Assembly: GCA_947165365.1 (NCBI GenBank)
Contig: CAMVAF010000002.1
Span: forward strand, 4,895 to 68,894
From: an uncultured Clostridia bacterium
GTDB taxonomy: Bacteria; Bacillota_I; Bacilli_A; RF39; UBA660
Length of the DNA stretch: 64,000 nucleotides
Direction: 5' to 3'
Shown here piece by piece: positions 9,827-20,072 of the stretch (within the stretch, counting starts at the first letter, position 1; every line of letters starts with the position of its first letter). Under the pieces are notes generated by a model. It was given only the letters and a program-made list of their open reading frames with translations, was not told the DNA's origin and made no database searches. The position numbers were made by a program, and so were the translations under genes.

Positions 9827-11023
9827 ATGGAAAAAATAGAAATGAATAGAGTAATATTAATTAAATACGGAGAATTAACTACTAAAAAAGATAATCGTAA
9901 AATATTTATTAATACTCTTTATAATAATATTAATAATAAACTTAGGGGTCTTGCATTCTACATTGAAAAAGATCTATCGAGAATGTATATCGAATTTCGT
10001 GATGAAGATTTAGATGAAATATTAGATCGAATTAATAAAATTTTTGGAATATATTCATATACCGTAGCCTATAAAATAGAAAGTGATATTACATCTATTG
10101 AAGAAAATATTCTAAATATTTTACCTAGTACTAATTTTAAAACTTTTAAAGTAGAAACTAAAAGAAGTGATAAAAGATTCCCTATAGAAAGCATAGAAGT
10201 AAGTAAAAGAATTGGTGGATTAATTTTAAAAAATAAAAAAAATATTAAGGTTGATGTCCATCATCCTGAAACTATCTTTCATATAGAAATTAGGAATGAT
10301 TATACATATATTTATTTTAATGAATATAAAGGTATTGGAGGTTATCCTGTTGGTACTCAAGGATTAGGTTTACTTATGTTATCCGGTGGAATCGATTCTC
10401 CCGTTGCCGGTTATCTTGCCATGAAAAGAGGTATAAATATTGGTTGTGTATATTTTGAAGCTATACCACATACCTCACTAGAAGCTAGAGAAAAAGTTAT
10501 TAATTTATCCAAAAAATTATTAAATTATCAAAATAATTTAAATTTATATATTGTACCATTTACCAAATTACAAGAAGAAATATATAAAAAATGTGATCCT
10601 AGTTATATGATAACCATTATGAGAAGAATGATGTATCGTATTATGGATAAATTAGTTAAAAAATATCATGCTCATGTAATTATTAATGGAGAATGTATTG
10701 GTCAAGTAGCATCACAAACGCTAACTAGTATGGCAGTAATTAATAGTGTTACAAATCTTCCCGTAATTCGTCCTGTTGCTTGTCTTGATAAATTAGAAAT
10801 TATTGATATTGCCGAAAAAATAGATACATTTAATATAAGTACATTACCATATGAAGATTGCTGTACTGTCTTTGTACCAAAACATCCTGTAATAAATCCC
10901 AAAATGGATAAAGCAATTCTTGAAGAAAATAAAATTGATTATGAAACATTAATTAATGAAATAATTGATAATATTAATATTATGAAAATATCTAATAATG
11001 AAGAGTTTAACGATTTAATATAG
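9827..11023 (+). CDS. thiI: tRNA 4-thiouridine(8) synthase ThiI
   Basis: [12 protein letters not shown]-loop, THUMP-like N-terminal region, and a classic iscS-thiI pairing. Confidence 0.9.
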   Translation: MEKIEMNRVILIKYGELTTKKDNRKIFINTLYNNINNKLRGLAFYIEKDLSRMYIEFRDEDLDEILDRINKIFGIYSYTVAYKIESDITSIEENILNILPSTNFKTFKVETKRSDKRFPIESIEVSKRIGGLILKNKKNIKVDVHHPETIFHIEIRNDYTYIYFNEYKGIGGYPVGTQGLGLLMLSGGIDSPVAGYLAMKRGINIGCVYFEAIPHTSLEAREKVINLSKKLLNYQNNLNLYIVPFTKLQEEIYKKCDPSYMITIMRRMMYRIMDKLVKKYHAHVIINGECIGQVASQTLTSMAVINSVTNLPVIRPVACLDKLEIIDIAEKIDTFNISTLPYEDCCTVFVPKHPVINPKMDKAILEENKIDYETLINEIIDNINIMKISNNEEFNDLI

Positions 11024-11096
11024 GAAAAAATTACCAATAAAAAGAATGTATTTAATAGATAAATCTTCACATTCTATAAGTGTGGAGGTGAAAAAC

Positions 11097-11300
11097 ATGA
11101 ATAAAGATTCTCTAAAAATGAGAGTACCAGGTGCAAAACAAGCTATCGAAAAAATGAAATATGAAATAGCTAACGAATTTGGTGTAAATCTAGGACCTGA
11201 TGCAACAAGCCGTGCTAATGGATCAGTTGGTGGTGAAATCACAAAGAGATTAGTACAAAACGGATTAAACAACATTAGCGGAAGTTATACTCAAAGATAG
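11097..11300 (+). CDS. alpha/beta-type small acid-soluble spore protein
   Basis: [11 protein letters not shown]....[12 protein letters not shown] is the alpha/beta SASP signature. Start set to the ATG at 11097 with a GGAGGTG RBS; the track's 84-aa ORF has a spurious N-terminal extension. Confidence 0.8.
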   Translation: MNKDSLKMRVPGAKQAIEKMKYEIANEFGVNLGPDATSRANGSVGGEITKRLVQNGLNNISGSYTQR

Positions 11301-11311
11301 TTAAAATATTA

Positions 11312-11344
11312 GATGATAGAGATTAAGTTCTCTATCTTTTTTTT
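11312..11344 (+). terminator. intrinsic terminator (gatgatagagattaagttctctatc + T8), copy 1 of a 33-bp direct repeat
   Basis: Hairpin agagatt-aagt-tctctat followed by 8 T. The same 33-mer (1 mismatch) recurs at 12773-12805. Confidence 0.75.
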
Positions 11345-11355
11345 GAAAAATTACA

Positions 11356-11447
11356 AATTACCGAATGAAAACGAAACAAATTACCGAATATAAAATATGC
11401 GAATTACCGAACAAAAAAAAGATAAATTACCGAATTATGTTGACAAG
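11356..11447 (+). promoter_or_regulatory. four AATTACCGAA boxes at exactly 23-bp phasing (11356, 11379, 11402, 11425) abutting the -35 TTGACA (11440) and TATAAT of the ATPase gene promoter
   Basis: Read directly. Only the 10-mer is conserved; the A-rich spacers vary. Confidence 0.7.
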
Positions 11448-11489
11448 CTATTAAAAATATAATATAATGTAACTATAAGGAGGAGACAA

Positions 11490-12764
11490 ATGAAGGAGTA
11501 TAAAACAAGAATTGCCGACGATATATTATTAAGAAAATTAAAAGGAAAAGGAGCTGTTTTAATTCAAGGACCTAAGTGGTGTGGCAAAACGACTACCGCC
11601 GAAAGAATTGCTAAAAGTATTTTATATATGTCAAATCCTGAAGATAAGGAACAAAATTTAATTATGGCCGATATTAATCCAAGTTTATTACTAAAAGGTG
11701 AAACACCAAGATTAATAGATGAGTGGCAACTAGCACCAAAATTATGGGATGCAGTAAGATTTGAAGTAGATCATCGTGATGAAGAAGGCCAATTTATTTT
11801 AACTGGTTCTGCAAAACCAGCAAATATGAAAGATGTCTCACATACTGGAACCGGGAGATTTTCATGGTTAACCATGAGACCGATGACTTTATTTGAGTCT
11901 GGTGAATCAACTGGTACCATTAGTTTATTAGATTTGTTTAATAAGCAAGAGAAAATAACTGGTATAAACAATTTATCTTTAGAGGATATTGCTTTTTTGT
12001 GTTGTAGAGGTGGATGGCCAAGAAGTGTTTTTCAAGATAATGATATCGCTTTAGATCAATCTTTTGATTATTTAGAAGCTATTGTTAAATCTGATATTTC
12101 AGAAGTTGATGGAGTTAATAGAAATCCCGAACGAGCTAGAAATTTATTAAGAAGTTATGCAAGAAATATGGGTACTGGTGCAACAAATGAAACAATAAGA
12201 AAAGATATGATTTCTAATGATTCTGATAGTCTAGATATAGATACAGTTGTATCATACATCAATGCTCTAAAAAAAATATTTGTTATTGAAGAATCCCTAG
12301 CATGGAATCCTAATTTAAGAAGTAAAACGTCAATTAGAACAACAGATACTAGATATTTCATAGATCCATCAATTGCAACAGCATCTCTCGGATTAGGCCC
12401 TAATGACCTATTGAATGATTTACATACATTTGGTTTAGTATTTGAAACATTATGTATAAGAGATTTAAGAGTTTACACTGAAAGTATTAATGGTACAGTA
12501 TATCATTATCGCGACGCTAGTGGTTTAGAGTGTGATGCTGTAATTCATTTAAGAAATGGATTATATGGTTTAGTGGAAATTAAACTAGGTGGAGAAAGAC
12601 TAATCGATGAAGCTGCCCAAAATCTCAATAAACTCATTTCAAAAATAGATATAGATAAAATGAACAAACCATCATTTGGATTGATTTTAACTGCAACAGG
12701 AAAATATGCATATAAACGTGAAGATGGTATTTTAGTTGTTCCAATAGGATGCTTAAAAAATTAA
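11490..12764 (+). CDS. AAA+ ATPase with DUF4143-type C-terminal domain (ATP-binding protein, function unknown)
   Basis: GPKWCGKTT Walker A and DEWQ Walker B-like motifs. 424 aa matches the widespread Firmicute AAA-DUF4143 family. Confidence 0.7.
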   Translation: MKEYKTRIADDILLRKLKGKGAVLIQGPKWCGKTTTAERIAKSILYMSNPEDKEQNLIMADINPSLLLKGETPRLIDEWQLAPKLWDAVRFEVDHRDEEGQFILTGSAKPANMKDVSHTGTGRFSWLTMRPMTLFESGESTGTISLLDLFNKQEKITGINNLSLEDIAFLCCRGGWPRSVFQDNDIALDQSFDYLEAIVKSDISEVDGVNRNPERARNLLRSYARNMGTGATNETIRKDMISNDSDSLDIDTVVSYINALKKIFVIEESLAWNPNLRSKTSIRTTDTRYFIDPSIATASLGLGPNDLLNDLHTFGLVFETLCIRDLRVYTESINGTVYHYRDASGLECDAVIHLRNGLYGLVEIKLGGERLIDEAAQNLNKLISKIDIDKMNKPSFGLILTATGKYAYKREDGILVVPIGCLKN

Positions 12765-12772
12765 GAATACTG

Positions 12773-12805
12773 ATGATAGAGATTGAGTTCTCTATCTTTT
12801 TTTTA
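12773..12805 (+). terminator. intrinsic terminator, copy 2 of the 33-bp direct repeat
   Basis: gatgatagagattgagttctctatc + T8, with one mismatch relative to 11312-11344. Confidence 0.75.
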
Positions 12806-12878
12806 TAATCCTCTTTAATAAGATTTACTTTTTTTTATTAATTTGATACAATATAGATATATTTTAAGGAGGATGTTT

Positions 12879-13319
12879 ATGCAGGTAATATTCTTAAAAG
12901 ATTTAAAGGGGCAAGGAAAAAAGGGTGAAATTAAAGAAGTAAGTGATGGTTATGCCAAAAACTTTTTAATAACTAAAGGTTATGCTGTTAAAAAAACAGA
13001 AACTAGTTTAAATAAATTAGAAAAAGAAAACGAAGAAAACAAAAAAATAGATGAAGAAATGCGTAAAAATGCTAAAGAATTAGCTAATAAATTATCAAAA
13101 ATAACGATTAAATTTCAAGCGAAAAATGGAAAAAATGGTAAGATGTTTGGTAGTATTTCATCAAAACAGATAAAAGAAAAGTTAAATGAAGAAGGAATTT
13201 CAGTTGATAAAAAACAGATATTAATGGAACAAATAAATACTTTAGGTTATCATAATGTAGAAATAAATTTATATAAGAATATTAAAGGAACTTTAAAAGT
13301 ATTTGTTGAGGAGGAATAG
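12879..13319 (+). CDS. rplI: 50S ribosomal protein L9
   Basis: [31 protein letters not shown]-terminus. Start moved to the ATG at 12879 (AAGGAGG RBS). Confidence 0.9.
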   Translation: MQVIFLKDLKGQGKKGEIKEVSDGYAKNFLITKGYAVKKTETSLNKLEKENEENKKIDEEMRKNAKELANKLSKITIKFQAKNGKNGKMFGSISSKQIKEKLNEEGISVDKKQILMEQINTLGYHNVEINLYKNIKGTLKVFVEEE

Positions 13320-13320
13320 T

Positions 13321-14670
13321 ATGGCAAGAACATTACCCAATAACCAAGAAGCAGAACAATCACTACTTTCCACAATGTTTCTTTCCAAATATGCCTTAAA
13401 TAAAGCTATTGATACTATTGATGAAGAAGATTTTTATTATGATAATAATAGAGTTATTTATCATACTATAAAAACTTTATATGAAAAAAATATTCCTATT
13501 GATATGACCAGTGTTTTAACAGAACTTAAAAATACCAATAAGTTAAATGAAGCTGGTGGAATGGGTTATATTACGGAAGTTTTGGATAGCGAAGCAGTAG
13601 CTACAAATTCTGAATACTACATGAAAAAGATCTCTGATGCTGCACTTTTAAGAAGACTTATTAAAGTATCAGAAGAAATTGGTGGTATGGGATATGATTC
13701 ATCTGAAGAAGTAGATGATGTTTTAGATGAAGCCGAAAAAAAGATATTATCTGTTGTAAAAAATAGACAATCATCAGAATTTCGTCCATTTAATGATATC
13801 TTAAATGCAGCTTCAGAAAATTTAAAAAGATTATCCCAAACAAGAGGTGAAATTACAGGTATTCCATCAGGATTTACGGATATTGATAGATTAACATCAG
13901 GTTTTCATGAAAATCAATTAATCGTAGTAGCTGCTCGTCCTGCTATGGGTAAAACGGTTTTTGCTTTAAATGTTGCTGTAAATGCTGCTTTAAAAGGAAA
14001 AAGCATAGCTATCTTTAACCTTGAAATGGATGCCGTTCAACTTGCTAATCGTATTCTTTCAAGTGTTGGACAAATTGAAGGAAAGAAGTTCATGTCAGGT
14101 AACTTTAATAATGATGATTGGACAAGACTTAATGAAGCGATTACTAGACTTACGGATGCTAAAATCTTTATTAATGATATGCAAGAAAGCACTATTGGTG
14201 CTATAAGAAGTAAATGCCGTCGTCTTGCAAGTAGTGAAAATGGACTTGACTTAGTAGTAATCGATTACCTACAGTTAATATCAGGTGGAAAAAATTATGG
14301 AGCTAATCGTCAACAAGAAGTATCAGATATCTCACGTGCACTAAAACTTTTGGCTATAGAACTTCATATTCCAATTATTGCTCTTGCACAACTTTCTCGT
14401 GGTGTAGAACAAAGAGAAGATAAGCGTCCATTAATGAGTGATTTAAGAGAATCTGGTGCTATCGAACAAGATGCTGATATTGTAGCCTTCTTATATCGTG
14501 ATTCCTATTACAAAAAAGGAGCATCTGGAGAGGGTAATGCATCCGTTAGTGAATTTATTGTTGGAAAACACCGTAATGGAAGAACAGATACCATTAATCT
14601 ATTATTTAAAGGAGATACCTGTTCATTCTTAAATTATGAAGGAGAAAAGGGAGAAGAAAATGAAAAATAG
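13321..14670 (+). CDS. dnaB: replicative DNA helicase (DnaB family; DnaC in Bacillus nomenclature)
   Basis: Walker A AARPAMGKT, the RecA-like motifs, and the rplI-dnaB synteny. Start at ATG 13321 after a GAGGAGG RBS. Confidence 0.9.
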   Translation: MARTLPNNQEAEQSLLSTMFLSKYALNKAIDTIDEEDFYYDNNRVIYHTIKTLYEKNIPIDMTSVLTELKNTNKLNEAGGMGYITEVLDSEAVATNSEYYMKKISDAALLRRLIKVSEEIGGMGYDSSEEVDDVLDEAEKKILSVVKNRQSSEFRPFNDILNAASENLKRLSQTRGEITGIPSGFTDIDRLTSGFHENQLIVVAARPAMGKTVFALNVAVNAALKGKSIAIFNLEMDAVQLANRILSSVGQIEGKKFMSGNFNNDDWTRLNEAITRLTDAKIFINDMQESTIGAIRSKCRRLASSENGLDLVVIDYLQLISGGKNYGANRQQEVSDISRALKLLAIELHIPIIALAQLSRGVEQREDKRPLMSDLRESGAIEQDADIVAFLYRDSYYKKGASGEGNASVSEFIVGKHRNGRTDTINLLFKGDTCSFLNYEGEKGEENEK

Positions 14671-16198
14671 AAATATCTTATGGTTATGTATAGCATTTAT
14701 CATAAGTGGAGTATTAACTTATAGTATAAAAAATACTTCTAAAAACACTATTCCAACTGAAGGATATCGTGTTTATCTTGAAGGAAAATCAATTGGTTTT
14801 ATTAAATCCAAAGATGAATTAAATAAGTATATTAATACTCAACAAGAAAGATTAAAAAATCAATATAAAGTAGATACTATTTATATTCCAAATAATATCG
14901 ATATTATTAAAGAAATAACCTATGATAATCAAATTGATTCAATTACTGATATTTATAATAAAATAAATGAAATATCACCATTTACTATTAAAGGTTATCA
15001 AGTAGTTATAACCAAAAAAAATGATAATGAAAAAAGTGATGAACAACAAGAAGATACTGAAGAACACGCAGATGCCATTTTAAATGAAACTGTAAAAATT
15101 AATATATTAAATAAAGAATTATTCGCTAAATCTGTGGAAAATGTTATTTTATCCTTTGTTGATGAAAAACAGTTTAATGCCTTTGCTAACGAAGAAACCA
15201 TAGAACTTCAAACAACCGGTGAAATAATAGAAAATATTTATATTGAAGATGATATTATCATAAAAGAAACTAATATTCCTGTTAATGAAACTATTTTTAC
15301 TGATGAAGAGGCATTAACAAAATATCTAGTCTTTGGTGATAATCCTAAAGAAGAGAAATATACTGTAGGAAAAGATGATACTATTGAAAAAATAGCAGAT
15401 AAAAGTAGTATGAGTGTTAATGAACTTTTAATTGCCAATTCAGATCTTCGTAGTGCTAACTCCCTTATTTATTTAGGACAAAAAATATCTGTAGGTAGAG
15501 TAAGCCCAGTATTTACTACTGTTATTGAAAAACACGTTGTTGAAGATCAAACAGTTAAATTTAAAACAGTTACTCAATATGATAATTCAATGTATCAAGG
15601 ACAATCAAAAACAAAACAAGAAGGAAGAAATGGTAAAACAAGGGTTACTCAAAAAATTAAAATGATTAATGGAGAAATAACTCAAGCTTATATTGTATCC
15701 AGTGAAGAATTAGTACCAGCTGTTAATAAAATAGTAGTTAAAGGTGGTAAGCAAGCCAAAAGGGGCGATGGTGCATGGTCTTGGCCTACTAATTTCCCTT
15801 ACATTATTTCAAGTAGAGTTGGATGGCGTTGGGGAAAACCTCACCGTGGAATTGATATTTGTGGAACTGGAAGAGGTTCACCAATCTATGCTGCAAGAGA
15901 AGGAGAAGTAGTACAAATTACTTACCAGTCAGCAGGACTTGGTTATATGGTAACAATAAAACACGATAATGGATATTATACCCAATATGGTCATATGCAA
16001 AATGTTAAAGGAAATGATCGCAAAGGTTATGAAGGATCAGCTACTAAATACATCAAAGTAGGTGACCGTGTTAGAGCACATCAAGTAATAGGAGAAATGG
16101 GAAGTTCCGGAAGTAGTACAGGAGTACACTTACACTTTGAAATATGGGATGGTCCACCATATCAAGCAACTTATTTTAACCCATTATTATTCTACTAA
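14660..16198 (+). CDS. LysM domain-containing M23 family metallopeptidase
   Basis: LysM segment (YTVGKDDTIEKIADKSSMSVNELL) and M23 motifs HRGIDI...HLHFEI. N-terminal TM anchor. Confidence 0.8.
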   Translation: MKNRNILWLCIAFIISGVLTYSIKNTSKNTIPTEGYRVYLEGKSIGFIKSKDELNKYINTQQERLKNQYKVDTIYIPNNIDIIKEITYDNQIDSITDIYNKINEISPFTIKGYQVVITKKNDNEKSDEQQEDTEEHADAILNETVKINILNKELFAKSVENVILSFVDEKQFNAFANEETIELQTTGEIIENIYIEDDIIIKETNIPVNETIFTDEEALTKYLVFGDNPKEEKYTVGKDDTIEKIADKSSMSVNELLIANSDLRSANSLIYLGQKISVGRVSPVFTTVIEKHVVEDQTVKFKTVTQYDNSMYQGQSKTKQEGRNGKTRVTQKIKMINGEITQAYIVSSEELVPAVNKIVVKGGKQAKRGDGAWSWPTNFPYIISSRVGWRWGKPHRGIDICGTGRGSPIYAAREGEVVQITYQSAGLGYMVTIKHDNGYYTQYGHMQNVKGNDRKGYEGSATKYIKVGDRVRAHQVIGEMGSSGSSTGVHLHFEIWDGPPYQATYFNPLLFY

Positions 16199-16962
16199 TG
16201 AGAATTATAATTTTAGGTAGTGGTTCTAAAGGAAATTCAACTCTTTTAATAGGAAAAGATAAGAAAATATTAATTGATGTTGGATTTTCTTATCCCCAAA
16301 TGACCAAAAAATTAGAAGAATATGATGTGTTACCCAAAGATATTGATGCTATCTTACTTACTCACGCTCATAAAGACCATATTGGTGGTTTAAAAAGTTT
16401 TGTTAAAAAGAATTATACTAAAGTTTATACTAATAAATTGATGTATTCGGAAATCACTGATTTAATAGATGAAGATATGACTATTTTTAATGAAGAAGAA
16501 ATCGATATCGATGAATTTCATATTGAAATATTTCATACATCACATGATGCTAAAGGAAGTGTAGGGTATATTATTAGTGATAAAGATACATCTTTAGTCT
16601 ATGTAACAGATACTGGTTATCTTAATAAAGATATCTTAAAGAAAATGAAAAATAAAAATATCTATATCTTTGAAAGTAATCATGATATCAATATGCTGAT
16701 GACAGGACCATATCCTTTTACTTTAAAACAACGTGTTTTAAGTGATAAAGGACATATGTCTAATGAACTTGCAGGAGAATATTTAAAAGAAATAATTGGT
16801 AAAGATACAAAAGAAATAGTTCTTGCCCATCTATCAGAAATAAATAATACCGAAGAAATAGCGCTTGATACAGTATTCAAAATAATTAATAAAGATATTA
16901 AAATAATAACCGCTAAACAACATGAAACAATGGATTTAGGAGAAATATTATGTTTAAAATAA
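16198..16962 (+). CDS. MBL-fold metallo-hydrolase (YycJ/WalJ-like)
   Basis: HAHKDHIGG (HxHxDH) motif, and a position upstream of rlmH as in Bacillus yycJ. Confidence 0.75.
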   Translation: MRIIILGSGSKGNSTLLIGKDKKILIDVGFSYPQMTKKLEEYDVLPKDIDAILLTHAHKDHIGGLKSFVKKNYTKVYTNKLMYSEITDLIDEDMTIFNEEEIDIDEFHIEIFHTSHDAKGSVGYIISDKDTSLVYVTDTGYLNKDILKKMKNKNIYIFESNHDINMLMTGPYPFTLKQRVLSDKGHMSNELAGEYLKEIIGKDTKEIVLAHLSEINNTEEIALDTVFKIINKDIKIITAKQHETMDLGEILCLK

Positions 16963-17402
16963 TATGTATTGGTAAAATAAAAGAAAAATATTTACAAGAA
17001 GCAATAGAAGAATATCAAAAAAGAATAAGTAAATATACTAAATTAGAAATAATAGAATTACCAGATTATAATTATGATATTAAAAAGACTATTAAAGAAG
17101 AAAGTGATAATATTATGAAAGTTTTAAATAAAAATGATTATAATATATTGTTAGATATTAATGGTTCTTTATTATCAAGTGTCGAATTATCCAATAAAAT
17201 AAATAATATCTTAATAAATAATAGTAATATTACCTTTATTATTGGAGGAAGTTTTGGAGTAAGTGATGAAATAAAAAGTATGGTAAATTATAAATTATCT
17301 TTTTCTAAAATGACTTTCCCTCATCAATTATTTAGAGTTATATTATTAGAACAAATATATCGTTCATTTAAAATAATAAATCATGAAGAATATCATAAAT
17401 AG
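16950..17402 (+). CDS. rlmH: 23S rRNA (pseudouridine1915-N3)-methyltransferase RlmH
   Basis: ~150-aa SPOUT protein with an MFKIICIGKIKEKYLQEAIEEY N-terminus typical of RlmH. Confidence 0.85.
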   Translation: MFKIICIGKIKEKYLQEAIEEYQKRISKYTKLEIIELPDYNYDIKKTIKEESDNIMKVLNKNDYNILLDINGSLLSSVELSNKINNILINNSNITFIIGGSFGVSDEIKSMVNYKLSFSKMTFPHQLFRVILLEQIYRSFKIINHEEYHK

Positions 17403-17410
17403 GAGGCTCT

Positions 17411-18703
17411 ATGTCTTATATAAATACTTTTATGTGGTCTATTGCAACAGTTTTCTTAATAGGTTGTGGTTTATATTATACATATAAATTACATTTTGTT
17501 CAGTTTAATTTTAAAAAGATTTTAAAAAGTTTAAAAAAAGATAAAGAAAATGATGAAGGAATATCACCATTTAAAACATTAACCCTATCTCTTGCTGCAA
17601 GAATAGGTGTAGGTTCTCTAGCTGGTATTGCTTTAGGTATCTATAAAGGTGGTATTGGAGTAATCTTTTGGTTATTACTTTCAAGTTTAATAACACTACC
17701 TAATTCCTTTGTCGAAAGTGCTTTATCCGTATTATTCCAACATAAAAGAAAAAAAGAAGTCATAGGAGGTCCTTCTTTTTATATTGAAAAAGGTTTAAAT
17801 AATAAAAAACTAGCCGTAATATATTCCATAATTATCTGTTTATGTTATTTAGGAGGTTTTCTAGCAATCCAATCTAATACGATAGCAACAAGTTTATATA
17901 CTTATATTAATATTCCTAAAATTGTAACAGGTGTTATTATTTCAATAATTTCTTATATCATTATCTCGAAAGGTATTAAAAGAATCGCTAATGCCACCAG
18001 TATTTTAGTACCTATAATGGGAATAATTTATTTAATAGTATGTTTATATATTGTTATAATAAATATTGATATGATTCCTAGTATTATCATAAATATCTTT
18101 AAGGAAGCTTTTAACTTTAATACTATGAAATGGGGTATTATATCAAGTATTATTATTGGTATTCAAAGAGGAATATTTTCCACAGAAGCAGGTACAGGAA
18201 CAGGAGCTATAGCAAGTGGATCATCATCAAGTATATCACCAACTAAACAAGGTTATATTGCAATGTTAGGTGTCTATTTCACTAGTTTTATAGTATGTTT
18301 TGGTACTGCTTTAATAATTATATCTAGTAATATTAATTTAAATAAATTTACTGATCCTAATGGTATTGAAATAACTTTAGAAGCATTAAATAATCATTTA
18401 GGTAATTTTGGAACTATTATTTTAATATTCTGTATCTTTTCTTTTGCTTTTTCAACGATTATTTCAGGTTATTATTATGGAGAAAGTAGTATTAAATATA
18501 TAAAAGATGATATTAATAATTTTAATATTAAATTATTAAATATAATAATTATGGTAATTTTAATTTATGGAGCTATTATGACACCATCTAAATTATGGAA
18601 TATTGTAGATATTGGTGTTGCTGTACTTGCAATAATTAATTGTTATGCCATGATTAAATTAAGAAATAAAGTAATAAAGGAGTATCAAAATGATAGGAAA
18701 TGA
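17411..18703 (+). CDS. polytopic membrane transporter, probably alanine/glycine:cation symporter (AGCS) family
   Basis: ~11 predicted TM segments. GIQRGIFSTEAGTGTGAIASG resembles the AGCS RGLFSNEAGMGSAPIAHAAA motif. Confidence 0.45.
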   Translation: MSYINTFMWSIATVFLIGCGLYYTYKLHFVQFNFKKILKSLKKDKENDEGISPFKTLTLSLAARIGVGSLAGIALGIYKGGIGVIFWLLLSSLITLPNSFVESALSVLFQHKRKKEVIGGPSFYIEKGLNNKKLAVIYSIIICLCYLGGFLAIQSNTIATSLYTYINIPKIVTGVIISIISYIIISKGIKRIANATSILVPIMGIIYLIVCLYIVIINIDMIPSIIINIFKEAFNFNTMKWGIISSIIIGIQRGIFSTEAGTGTGAIASGSSSSISPTKQGYIAMLGVYFTSFIVCFGTALIIISSNINLNKFTDPNGIEITLEALNNHLGNFGTIILIFCIFSFAFSTIISGYYYGESSIKYIKDDINNFNIKLLNIIIMVILIYGAIMTPSKLWNIVDIGVAVLAIINCYAMIKLRNKVIKEYQNDRK

Positions 18704-19352
18704 TTGGGATAATATCCTAAAAGATGAATTTAATAAAGATTATTTTAAAAAATTAATGTTAACCGTAAGAGATGAATATAATAAAAAAATAATATTTCCA
18801 AGAAAAGATGAAGTATTTAAAGCATTTCGTTATACACCATATCAAAATGTTAAAGTAGTAATTCTTGGTCAAGACCCATATCACGGTGATGGAGAAGCAG
18901 AAGGATTATCTTTCTCTGTTCCTAAAAATATTAAAATACCACCAAGTTTAATAAATATTTATAAAGAATTACATAATGATTTAGGAATAACTCCTCCTAA
19001 TCATGGTAATCTATCTAGTTGGGCAAAAGAAGGAGTATTACTTCTTAATTCCGTATTAACTGTTATTAAAGATCATGCAGCATCTCATGAAGGTTTAGGT
19101 TGGGAAACATTTACTGATAATGTTATAAAATTAATAAATAAAAAAGATACCCCAGTAGTCTTTATTCTATGGGGAAGATTTGCAAGAAGTAAAAAGAAGT
19201 TAATAGATAATCCAATTCATTTAGTAATAGAATCAGCTCATCCTAGTCCCTTATCAGCTTATAATGGTTTCTTTAATTCTCATCCCTTTTCTAAAACCAA
19301 TGATTATTTAATAAGCAAAGGGATAAGACCTATTAATTGGGAGATAAAGTAG
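18690..19352 (+). CDS. ung: uracil-DNA glycosylase
   Basis: GQDPYHG water-activating loop and HPSPLS motif. Confidence 0.9.
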   Translation: MIGNDWDNILKDEFNKDYFKKLMLTVRDEYNKKIIFPRKDEVFKAFRYTPYQNVKVVILGQDPYHGDGEAEGLSFSVPKNIKIPPSLINIYKELHNDLGITPPNHGNLSSWAKEGVLLLNSVLTVIKDHAASHEGLGWETFTDNVIKLINKKDTPVVFILWGRFARSKKKLIDNPIHLVIESAHPSPLSAYNGFFNSHPFSKTNDYLISKGIRPINWEIK

Positions 19353-19407
19353 AAAGTATTGATAAAAAATATATTTATAATTATGTTATAATAAAATAGA
19401 AAGTGAG

Positions 19408-19836
19408 TTGTTATTTATGGATATTTGGGAAGAAATGTATTTAAAAGCCAAAGAAGAATATCATCCAGAAGAAGTTTCACCATTTATAGATGCACATCAT
19501 GTTGTTGCTGCTGTTCAAAGCGAAAGTGGTAAAATCTTTACAGGTTTTTGTATAGAAAGTGCCAGTGGTGTTATGAATTTATGTGCAGAAAGAGTTGCAG
19601 CTCTTAATATGTATATTAATACTGGTGAAACAGTAATTAAAAGAATGATTGCATTTAGAAGTGAACCACCTAAAGTAAATGGTGGTATGCCTTGTGGTGC
19701 TTGTAGAGAATTTTTAATGCAGTTATCTTATGAAAATAGAAATATGGAAATACTAACAGATTATGATAGTAGAAAAACTGTATTATTAAAAGATTTAATA
19801 CCTAATTGGTGGGGAGATAAAAGATATAATAAATAA
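19408..19836 (+). CDS. cytidine/deoxycytidylate deaminase-fold protein (cdd-like)
   Basis: CAER...PCGACR zinc-binding motifs of the CDA fold. Confidence 0.6.
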   Translation: MLFMDIWEEMYLKAKEEYHPEEVSPFIDAHHVVAAVQSESGKIFTGFCIESASGVMNLCAERVAALNMYINTGETVIKRMIAFRSEPPKVNGGMPCGACREFLMQLSYENRNMEILTDYDSRKTVLLKDLIPNWWGDKRYNK

Positions 19837-19937
19837 TGTTTTATTTAGGGATAAAGAGATTATGTAGTCAAAGATGTGTTATTCCAACTTGAAAGAAAGT
19901 ATTTAAGTATTGAAAATTAAATTCAATACTTTTTATT

Positions 19938-19983
19938 TTGACAAAACTAATGATAAATGGTAAATCATCATTAGATTTGTCAA
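19938..19983. promoter_or_regulatory. 17-bp inverted repeat TTGACAAAACTAATGAT-N12-ATCATTAGATTTGTCAA (1 mismatch) just upstream of an extended -10 (TGTATAAT, 19987-19994), at the left edge of the defense island
   Basis: Read directly. An operator-like palindrome upstream of the GmrSD-like operon. Confidence 0.6.
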
Positions 19984-20072
19984 TAGTGTATAATGTGTAA
20001 ATATAAAAATGTATAATAGTGAAAATTTAATAATTGTATGATATAATTTAAATATAAGTAGGTGAAGAAGTA

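Noticed and set aside
11046-11096. N-terminal 17-aa extension of the SASP ORF given in the six-frame track
   Set aside because: A strong GGAGGTG RBS sits inside the extension, 6 nt before the ATG at 11097. Alpha/beta SASPs are ~65-70 aa, so the extension is an ORF-calling artefact.
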